Source: Gnetum montanum
Lineage: Eukaryota > Plantae > Gnetophyta
Length of the DNA stretch: 64,000 bases
NCBI GenBank assembly: GCA_015680685.1
Contig: MNCI01000909.1
Coordinates: 105,758 to 169,757, forward strand
Direction of reading: 5' to 3'
The notes under the pieces were generated by a model. That model made no database searches. It was not told the origin of the DNA and saw nothing but the letters and a program-made list of their open reading frames with translations. Both the position numbers and the translations under genes were made by a program. Below, one piece after another: positions 1-10,877 of this stretch (the first letter of the stretch is position 1; the number at the start of each line of letters is the position of its first letter).

Positions 1-481
1 ACCCTTTGAGACCCTTTTGGAGTTAACTATGTTTCCATTTGAGGTGGTGTTCCATTTCTCTCTTCCATTTATAGAATTTTCTTGCATTTTTCTTATGTCT
101 TTTCACATTTTCATCATGCATCATCATGCTATACTACAGTTGGGTGATAGTTTCCACTAGTTGACACCCTTGTTTTGATTGAAACCCTTGGCTATGCTTG
201 CACCTGTTCCATATTTATGCTGTACACTTAGCACCATGAAACATCTCTTTGACATTTAGTACCATTTCATGTCACTTGCATTTGCATTTTGACTAACCAT
301 TCCACCCCCTGTTGCACCCATTTCCCTTGGTTGCAATCGGCAAAATCCCTATTCGATTGACAAGACTTTCTAGGGTACTCTACCTCTATTTTCCAACAAG
401 ACCCACAAGTGGAGGTGGGGTTAAGGTTGTGCATCTGTTGATCTCTTAGTATTCTAGCCAACAACATTTTTTATTGTAACA
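1..481 (+). repeat. 3' part of a Tat-family LTR (element X), probably a related element nested in the 5' UTR of element A
   Basis: Colinear but heavily diverged similarity to 17150-17590 (shared tccctattcgattgaca, ttctagcca, T-run, ends ...ACA). It is not followed by the family PBS seen at 19565-19580. Confidence 0.75.
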
Positions 482-779
482 ATAGCATAGTTAGCTCTTT
501 GTAATAAAGAGTGTAGTTAGCTCTTCATAGTGGAGAGCATAGTTAACATAGATAGTGTAGTTAGCTCTCCATAGTGGAGAAAGTAGTCAATGATATTAGC
601 TGAAATAGAGTGAGTTTCAACTTAGTCCACTATATTCTATAGCTAGCAACCTCTGTAGTTTCCCTTTAGAACTTGATCTACAACCATGAACCTGGATCAA
701 CCTTTGGCATTAGTTTCAAAAGCACTTGAGATCTTGCCTATCCAATTAGAGACCAGGATTAACAACCTTGAAAATTTCA

Positions 780-3700
780 TGATGGTTGGACCATGACAAT
801 CCCTTAGGCTAGTTGACCAAGACCCAAAGTATGCCATGCTTCGTAATGAGTAATACAACTTCATATGTGCAAAGATCCAAGTAGGGTTGCCTAATAGATT
901 ACCTTAACATGGAGGCAAAATGGGACTTTGAACTAATCCATAGGGATGAATAGGAGTATATCTCTTCCTCATTTAATATCATCCCACTCATAGAGTTCCA
1001 TCAACAGTTGTTGTTCTTGCTCATCTAAGTAGATGAGCATGCTGTAGGGATTGGCTACAAGGAAGCCTTACATTAGGAAGTGGACAAGTTCAAAGCTCAC
1101 TCTAAACATGAGCCCCCCTATCCCACCATCTTCCAACAAGAAATTCCTAAGTCTAGCCCCTCCTTAGGTTAGTTCACTTATCCACCTTGAGATGGTCATA
1201 ATACTAGGATCACCTTCCCATTCTATCATGCTTAGATCTATGCCTATTATGGAAACCCACTAGACGTAATACATGCATTACAATGCAATAACCCTTTTCC
1301 ACTTGCCCTTCATGGCATCATCTCTACCTACCTAACCATCCTTGTTAGTAATAATTATACTAGTTTAGCCATATGTTCATGTAAGACCCATCTCTAGGCC
1401 CCAAATGACTAAGGCAACCTATGTCCCACTTGCTTCATCAGTGCCCTTGGTGTTAGTCTAACCCATGTGTGCATGGCTTGCCCCAATTTCTATCCTTATA
1501 ACATAGCTGACACATCAAACACTTTGCATGTTTCTACAACTTGTGACTACGTCATGGACTACACAACTAGAATAATGAATAATACAACCATCATAACTAG
1601 TTGCAGCATCCCAAAATTTATACTAAGCATTCTAACTGATCCAAGCCTTGATAGAAGAGGTGAAGTGGCTTAAAGCCACCTCCTCCAAAATAGTTATGGT
1701 AGTGGACTTCTATTAGGAAAACCTTGTAAGTCTTGCCATCCTGTTGCTAACTCTACCAATTGAGATCCTACTACCCCAATTCACCAAGTACAATGGTAAA
1801 GAGAATCCCAATGCACATCTAGTGACATTCAAGTTTGAGTGCTTGCTGCTACAAGCCTAGCTTGACACTATTATGTGGTTGTTTTCCATGTCACTAACTA
1901 GCAAAGCCTTAGACTAGTACCATGTGCTACCCAGAGGCCCTATCTCCTCTCTAGAAGATATCTTGAGCTAGTTTGTGACATGCTTCAAGTATAACTAAAA
2001 GCCAGAGCAAACCTTGGACTAGCTAATGCAGGTCAAGTAAGATCCCCCTAGAGCCCATGCAAAAATTCATTCAACAATCTCGTTAAACAAAATATGAGAG
2101 CGCATAGTTGAGGCACAGCTCTTAGCTATCTTCAGGAGCATAGTTAATGATCTTATAAAATTGAAGCTTTACCATTTGGGCTTGTAGTCTCTAAGCTAAG
2201 CCTTTGCCCAGACCAAGAGCATACAAGATGTAGCTAAAGCTAGTAAGGACCTAGCCTACGTGGCCTATAAAAACTTGTATGCGAGGAAGGAAAAGGATAA
2301 AAAGAAGCAGAATGCAACTATGGAAATTGTGGTGAAAGAGGCTAAAGTAACCAACTTAAGGCCAATGACTAGGCTACCTAAGACTCCAGCCAACAACAAA
2401 GCTACTAGCCCTAGCATTGTAGTAACTAACTAGCCTATGTCAGTGGTGGCCATAGCGCAAGCTACTCCAAGACCTAACTTTGAGTAGAAGGATTGCTCCA
2501 AGTACATCCTATTGCCACTAAAGCTCTCAAAGTTACTAGAAAAATTGTTAAAGGCTAGGTGCATCCAATATAAAAAATATTTGAGGATGTTTGTAAAAGT
2601 TATGATAGATACTGCGAGTTGCTTAGAAACCCTACTTTGGCAACACCAAATGAGCCCCTAGTCCCAAAATATTTTAGGCTAAATTAGTTCTACCATTACC
2701 ACTAGTTGTTGGATCATAGCATAGATTTTTATCTAGCTTTGAAGGATGATATCCAAGACATGATTGACATAGCCAAGTTGTTCCTTGACTTTACAAACCT
2801 AGTCAGGCCTCAAAACCAATTTATGAGGATGTATAAGGACCCTTTGAATTCTGACAATGTAGGCTATGTCATAAATGTTATTAGCATTGATGACAACCTA
2901 GAACCAGTGCAATAGTCATTCATGATCAACGTGCCCTCTAGTAGTGCAAGGGCATCTGTGGCTCCTATGGGTTTAAGAACTTCTTTCATCATCAAAGTGC
3001 CACCTTAACCACCTACAACTTCCCTCATGATTAGGGTATCATAACATGTTGCAATAACAATGGTTCAACCATCCTTTGTTGTCAAGGGATCACAAAATAC
3101 TAACTCCTCACTTACCCATAGTCCAGTAGTGGGCAACACATTGTTTCCTTCCCATCCAAGAGATAATCCTATTGGCAACATTAATAGACCCTCTAAGTGG
3201 AAACCTAGGAGGACCAATGAGCATCTCATAGATAAAATGATTAGGCAACATCAAAAGCAAAGGTCACTAGGTGTTTCAAAGCTAGTTCCTATATCTATGA
3301 TCCTTATGGCCAAGAAAACTAAGGATGCCACCACTAGTAACTTGAAACCAAGCACTGAGGCCCTTGTGTAAGCCAAGGCAACAAAGCCCAAGTTGGCTCA
3401 CTGAAAAATTCATCTCTTAGGACATATGAAAGAAGTCAAAGAAAATTAAAATGTAATCAATGACAAAGACTTTTTGGATGCATTAGCTCAGTTTAAGAAA
3501 GCATTCAAATAGAAGAACATAATGTTGAGCTTCTATAACCTAATCATGGCCTCATATGTCTGCCATGAAGCACTAGTGCAGATGCTAACTTCCATTCTTG
3601 TCATAGAGGACATCTAGGCATATGAGAATTCCATTCATGTAGTGATGTTAGCTCATGAATTGTAGGAATCAAGATCCACATAACTTGCACTTCATGATGA

Positions 3701-4396
3701 GGTAATTAAGATCGACCCTAAGAAGGGTGAGGTCATTACAACCCCCATGTTTATCATCATACATGTCAAGAAATGCAAGATTCGAAGGGTTCATGTCAAC
3801 GATGGGGTAGCAAAAAATTTTATCCCATACATCAGCATCAATAACTTAGGCCTTATGGACTAAATCAAGCCAACAAAAATAACATGTCTAAGGTCCTTTA
3901 ATGGGTCATGCATCATTGTTAAGGGTACCATCACAATAGTATCTGTGGTAGGGGAGCAATTCCCCGCCACTACTAAATTCATTATCATAGAGAAAATGCC
4001 CAACTTTACCTTAATATTGGATAGGCTATGGTTGGCCCAATTATGGGTTGTCTCCTCTCTAATCCACCATGAAATCAACCTCCTATATGAAGGTGGCAAG
4101 GTTATTATCCATGGTGATAACATAGCCCCTCTAGCCATCAACAACATAGATATGGAGCAAGGGTCAAAGGTGGAATTTCTAGATGACATGTTCATAGCAA
4201 AGAATGAGAATGAAATGCATGAAGGAAACCTCACCTGAAAGGACAGAAGAAGTCAATGACTTACCAGAGGACAGCCTTTAGGTAGAATTTCCCTTCAACA
4301 TAGCAAGCGAGGGTCCAAGAGACTACTGAATAGTGCACTCTAGGCCCTATGCACCTCCTAACCGACACCAAATTAGGAAGCAACTACACAACTAAG
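780..4396 (+). pseudogene. gag: gag-protease remnant of element A
   Basis: FTKYNGKENPNAHL gag motif at ~1780. Protease region at ~3750-4130 (RVHVNDG.A.NFIPY ... LILDRLWLAQL ... SLIHHEI) is homologous to ORF 55529-55915 of C. Many stops and frameshifts. Confidence 0.8.
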
Positions 4397-4689
4397 GTAC
4401 CCCCTTAGCCTAAAATGTGTTAGGTGCCTACCTACCCTTTACTTACATGTGTCATGTATTTTTAACTTTTTCTTGCATTACATTTGTTTACATATTTACA
4501 TTTAGCTTGATTGCTAATATTATACATTGTTTTTCTTTGTTTACGCATTTATTTACTTTGATTATGCATTCATCTACTTAGTTTATGCACTTGCCCTATT
4601 AGTTCACACCTTCGCAATTATTAAAAAAACATCAAAATGCATAAAAACATAAAAGATAAAATTACAAAAAATACAGATAGCATTGTCCT

Positions 4690-5260
4690 AATATGGCCTT
4701 AAACTGGCAACATGTGGCCTACCAAGGGCTTAAATTGGCAACATGTGGCCTGCCATGGCCTTAAACTAGCAATGTTGTAGCTTACCATAGCCTTAAACTA
4801 GCAACGTTGTAGCTTATCATAGTCTTAAACTAGCAATGTTTCATCCTACCATGGCCTTAAAATGGCAACATTGTGGCCCTATATGGCCTTAAATTGGCAA
4901 CATGTGGCCTACAAAGGCCTTAAACTAGCAACACGTGGTCCACCATGGCCTTAAACTGGCAACGTTGTAGGCTACCATGGCCTTAAACTAGCAATATTAC
5001 AACTCGCCATGGCCTTAAATTGGTAATGTTGCAACTTGCTATGGCCATAAATTGGAAACATTGTAGCTTGAAATGGTCTTAAACTATTGCCCTTAAACTA
5101 GCAGTACACAGCCTGAAATGGCCTTAAACTAGCAATCACTGCAGCCCAAAATGGCCTTAAACTATCACCTTCAATCCCATCATAGTGGCCTAAGATGGCC
5201 TTAAACTAGCATTGACCCTCCCGCTATAGCCTTAAACTAGCATGGGTCTTACAATGGCCT
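4690..5260 (+). repeat. Tandem array, ~32 bp unit with core TGGCCTTAAACT(G/A)GCAAC, downstream of the protease
   Basis: About 17 consecutive degenerate copies of atggccttaaactagcaac are directly visible. Confidence 0.9.
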
Positions 5261-5479
5261 AGTCACACTATCATTGCATAATCCTAAGTTAGCACATTAA
5301 TTCATCACGTTATAAGCATAATAAGTGTGCATAGCAAAGGACCATATAAAAAGAGGGTTTACACATTACCCATAGGAAATAACAAATAATCATCCATCAA
5401 TATGCATAGCAGTATATGGCATAAATAGCATCAAAACCAAAAATGTAGCAAAAAATCATAGCAAGGGGGCAAGGGATAC

Positions 5480-8400
5480 ATCTAGGTGATGCTCAGCTAG
5501 TGGTAATAGTGGGGGTGGCGACTTTGCTTCCTCCATTGTGTCACTGGGGCCTATAGTATTTCTTGGTACCTACCATAACCATAGAAAATATGTATGATAA
5601 TTATGCAAATATGCACTACACAAGCTAACTCCAACCATAAACAAACATAAAAAAACTATCCTAAGAGGGTCCCACATTAGTGAGTTCTAGAGGTAACTTT
5701 CTAGGGCTAGCCTCTAAGTGTTAGAGAATCTCAACCTCAGAAAGTTATATCCAGTTCTCCTAGCCAAAGTCAATCTTCACAAGGGTCTTGCATTTTTCCA
5801 TGGTGGTCTATGCAAGTAGCTTCATTGAAAAGGTAGTAGAAGAGGCCTCTCCAGAAGGGGTGATGATTTGGCTCTCAGGAGAGTCACTCACCACCGTGTG
5901 TTGCATAAACAACTCATATGCCTGCCTTTCACTAATCACCTCAAGAAACGTCTTGAGGTAGCAGTGTTTAGTAGACTCCTCCTTGTACCATTACATGTAT
6001 GTTTCATGCTCTCGATTATATTGGTGCTTGTCGTTCTTTTGCATTTACCCTCACTAATAGACCTTTATGCTATAATTTTCTCAATCTTGGTTCTTTTGGG
6101 AAAGCAAGTCCATCTAGAGCCATTACTCTATCAGCTCTCCTGTAGCATCATTCTTATCTTTGAGACTGGTCCAATATCTCACATACTTGATCTTAGAGGT
6201 ACACCAGGTGCTATCTACTTGTGATCTAGCTACTAAGAAGCCATATCTAGGTTGGAGATCTTTGGTCTTCATATCTTGGCTGGTCACCCTCTCTTATAGT
6301 TCATGCATGCATTTCCCACAATGGCTTCACATAGGAAAGTGCACACTTGTTCAATGTCTCTTACATGTGGCAAGGCACCTGATCATCTTCAGGAGGGAGG
6401 TTAGGAAGGGCATCCACCTTGGCCACCTTACTTGGATTCCACCATAGCTTAGGACCTATAGGCATACAATAATCGATTAATCTTAGTTGAAAACCAAGCA
6501 TTCAAGTAGTAAAGTAACATAAAGCAAAATAACATTACATACATACTGAGCTTAGGATCAAGTTGTCACAAGTGGTCCACCATGCTTACAACAACGCCTT
6601 CCATGAAGGTGATTTTATCTAGCATGTCTACCCATGGCTCTATGTGGTAGGTAGATGTGGGACCACTAGTGGGAATACTTAAGGCTGTAACACAATGATG
6701 CAATTAGCACATAGCTAAATAGCAAAAGATACTGGAGCAAACAGGCAATGACAGATGGCAACATAAGTTAGTTACCTAATAAGCCCTTAGGCATGACTGC
6801 ATGGGGGATCACCTTGCTTTGCACCATCAAACAAGCTATCAAAATCATTCCCATTAGGGTGGACCAACCCATCTTCCTCTAACTCTTGAAGGGTATTTAC
6901 TTCCTCATGTAGCTCATCTCCATGAGCCTCCTCATTCCCAGCTTGAGGAGATGCTTCCTTTGCTACCACCTTGGCCGCTGCCCTTGTAGCCCTCTCTCGT
7001 TTCTCTATGATTAACACATATAGCACATTAGTACACATAGAACATCATTAGCTAATTAGCAATATGGCATAACAAAAAAAACATATAAAAATAAAAATGT
7101 ATACATAAATATAACTAATGCACCATACTAACCTACAAGATCTACACGTAAGCTTTGAAGCTTGATGTGGATCCTCTTGCTACTTGGCTTCTTGATCGTA
7201 AGGGTATCCTCCTCCTTAGGACATTACCTATTGATCTTGGCCTTAGATGGCTGCACCATCTCTACTATATAATGGTCTACCTTGCTTATGTCCTTGGTGC
7301 CAACTAAAGGACCCTTGCCTCCATTATCACATGAGTAATGTGACACCCTACAGAACCCTTGGTCATTACTAATAATTATTCATTGATCTCCTCTAGGGGA
7401 TCCTATAAACATATAGCTAAAAACATGTGCTTGATCCATGGCCTAGACAACTACTCATGATTTTCTACCACCCATCACCCATCATCTCGTATAACCAAGG
7501 GCTCTATGAACCTTCATAGTATCCTACGAAGAACTCAAAGTGGATGTGGGACCTTGCCTAGAGGTTGAACTATAGTCTAGAGATCTTTGCATCTAGGTTA
7601 GTGGCTATATATGTAGCCTAGTTGAACCTTGTACCCTCTAGCAGCACCTCCTTTATTACCTATGCCTGTTCCACCCCAAGGATCTTTTGTTAGAAGAGCA
7701 ACTTTGAAAAAGCATGATCATGGAATAGAGGGTAAAGCTCGTACACCTCAAGTACTACCACATCTTTAATTAGTATGCTTTTGTGAGATCAAGTGGCACC
7801 CAACTAGTCTTCAATCTTTCCTCTATGGTTCACCTCCATGCTGGCCTTATCAACAATCATCCAACCATTAGTAGGGATGCCAAAGAGGTTAGTGAAGAAG
7901 GCCTCACTGAGGTCTAGCGCTACCATCATGCCACGCATTTGGGTGATAAATTGCCTAATGTCGCTACTAAAGGAGTCAATGATGATGACCATTTCCACCA
8001 CTGGGATACTTGGGCTAAGGGCCAAAAATAGTTCCATTAAGATAGTGTGCATGAGCTAATCCATTAGTGCATTTCATGCTTTGTGGCACAGCTAGTGTTT
8101 TGCACCCTCCACATTGTCATACTTCATGATAAGGGTGGCCTATGTGCATCACTATCATCTTAGCTAAGGAAACTACCATTGCAATAAAGGAAAATCAATG
8201 TCAATGTTAGCATCATGCAAATGAGGTAAATTGAAAGGCATAAATGAATAACCACATGATCCAAAACATAGATATGTACATGGTTCAAATGGGATGTGAG
8301 GTGAGGGTGGTGCTCCAATAATCTCCTTAGTGTTAATCTCCTTGGTAACCCACTACTCATCCAACTAGCTGTGGATCCTAAATTGCTCATATTCCTTCAG

Positions 8401-10430
8401 GTATCAGGTAGGGTAGGCCTCTAGATCAGGCCCCACTTGCTCAATCATAGCTACCCAAACATTCATGCTAGATGAGAACGCCTCCAAGTCAATGCATGTC
8501 AAGGCTAGAGCATCCACCTCATCATGCAATCCCTCATCATCAACTCTAAACCTAGCATTAATAATGAGCCATTAGCAATTTAGCTTGAGCTAGTAGTGAA
8601 AAAAAAAACACTGTGAGAACCATGAAAGCACTTATCCTTCAATGCAGTAGAAAATTATAGGTGGGTTCTAGAATAGGATATGCACCCATAGCACAATAAA
8701 AAGGGTGTTACTCTTATTATAACAAGCAAACTCAATCATCCTAGATAGCTGCCAAGTGCTCCTAGGACCTCTGCTTGAATCACTTGCCCTATTAATGCTA
8801 GTTGTGGGCTCATCTGTTATAAATTTCAAGATGTCCTAGTTAGCCTTGGGCAACAACGTCTCAGTGATGACACTAGTAGCATTCACAATCAACTATGACC
8901 ACATGATCATACTAAAATGTTGTAGTAGGTATTCTAGGAACTCATGAGCCCTTATTGAAACCACACTACTTGATGGCCCACCTACATATCTGGTGCAAGC
9001 ATGTTAGGAATAGGTTTGCTTATGTAGCATAAGATGACCACAAGCTTAACTACAATTAGAATAGGCTTCAATAGCATCTTGAAACCTACCAATAATAAGC
9101 AAAACATTAGTATACATACATATAATAAGCAAAACATTAGTATACATACATAGATGCAAATTTTGACATTAAATTATTACGATAAGTTAGTAAAATTAGC
9201 ATAATGTAACATGAACTAACAAAGAAAAAAATCCTAATCTTGGCAATGCACTTTGGGGCCTCGTGGGTATAGGAGTTCAACCAACTCATGCACCATGCCT
9301 TGTACTCACTAGGGTACAACACAATTTCATAGGCTTAGCACTACATTTTATAATCTTAACATTAAGCATAGTTAACAAAACATTTCTGCAAAATCTCTCT
9401 AACTTTGAACTACCTCCATGGAGAGCTTAGTCCAAACTTTTTACAAAATTTTTCTAAGTCCAGACTACCTTCATGTAGAGTGTAGTCCAAAAAATTGCAA
9501 CATTTTTCTAACTCTAGACTACCTCCATGAAGAGCATGACCTAAAAAACTGCAAAATGTTTCTAACTCCTAGTTGCCTCCAAAAAAAAGGGACAAAATTT
9601 TTCTAACTCTAGGACCACCCTGAATACACACTAAAACATGGAGAGCATAGTCCACCCCCCACCCACCCAAAAAAAACATCAAAAAAATGTAGGACATATC
9701 CCTACCTCGTCCTTTGCCCCTATGATAGGCTATTCCCTGGTCACCGCTAAAACCCTGGTATCCCTTAAGGCCTCACTACAAAGTGTGACTCATGGGAGCC
9801 TAACCCATAGTGCCTATCCTTGCACCCCAAGCTCCTACCCACAAATCCTATGCATGCATGCCCTAAAACCTCCACAATGAAACTTGCATTGTCTTGACCC
9901 TATGGCCATGCCAAAGAAGAAGATAGAATGCAATGACATTTGTAGAGATGCAAGGCCTCCAAATCCTACAATCCCAAAATCCCATCCATAGCCCCTGTGG
10001 TTGCACTATGCCACACAGCAGTAGCCATTTTCTTCATGACCATGCCATGAAATGTAATGTACTATCCTCCCTAATTCCATGTGTAGCAAAAATAGACCAA
10101 ACCCTTCCCACCATCATGCCCTCCCTACAATCACACTACTCTGAAATGATGCATGATTAAGTGGCCACCACCATGGCAAGGCACCATGATAGGACACATA
10201 AGAGACTATGCTTCCAAACCCTCATCAAGGATAAAAATAAATAAAAAGTATGCAAATGAATAAAAAGAGAGGAGAGTGTAGTTGGTGTACCTAGTTCATG
10301 CCAATGACCTCCTCTTCTCCACATGATCCTATGATCAGTGGCCTAGTACTCTCTTACCCTTGATGATGTTTACTAGTCCTAGGTGCAGGCATCCACTCCG
10401 GTGTGTCATTCTACCTAACTATGCTCTTCA
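5480..10430 (-). pseudogene. Antisense multi-exon accessory gene of element A (FCP1/NIF-like domain, central transposon-accessory-like domain, acidic/coiled-coil tail)
   Basis: Exons ~9085-8636, 8551-8280, 8163-7133, 7004-6776, 6684-6547, 6455-~5660, 5569-~5480, plus a possible first exon ~10430-10291. Translations align by eye with 50770-54370 of C, e.g. PKLWWNPSKVAKVDALPNLP vs PNLGWDLNKLVKVDALPSLP. GT-AG-type introns fall at matching positions. Confidence 0.85.
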
Positions 10431-10877
10431 TTGGTAGCAGAAAAATAGTAATGACAAGGTTACACTATAGATTTCATGGTTAAAAGTAAGAAAATGACAA
10501 CTTGCCCATGTTGAAAACTCATCTATATACCCTCCCAAGGTCATTTAATGGTCCACCAACTTGAAACTACACTACACACTGAAGGCCAAGTGGAGAGTAT
10601 AGTTGGTTGAGAGCATAGTCAACTATACTTAGCCCAATATTGTAATTATTTTGACAACCCTGCACATGCTTGAGTTAACTTAGCATGGCTAGCCCTCCAT
10701 GGAATGGCATGTTTGACACATCCATGGTCCACTAAGACCTAAAACTAGCATGCATATGGTCTGCCAAGGCCTAAAACTACACAAACATGCTTGCCACTCA
10801 TAAAAAATTGCATATATACTTAGCCAAACCTCATTGCATTATTTTTTCCATTTGTGCACATTGACTTTGTGAAACAG

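Noticed and set aside
482-496. TAGCATAGTTAGC as a deaminated tRNA-Ser PBS (TGGCGTAGTCGGC)
   Set aside because: The same motif recurs many times nearby and across the family, and the family PBS seen at D is different.
5868-6447. Hydrophobic plus-strand ORFs as env or membrane proteins (also 34160-34435 and 59406-59678)
   Set aside because: They are the shadow of a purine-rich opposite strand or T-rich low-complexity DNA, with no conserved counterpart in other copies.
9092-9151. ~30 bp perfect tandem duplication
   Set aside because: Local slippage in a putative intron; no further significance seen.
5480-10430. Ordinary host gene or independently nested transposon
   Set aside because: The homologue sits at the same position and orientation in element C, has no termini or TSD, and is decayed like the flanking pol.
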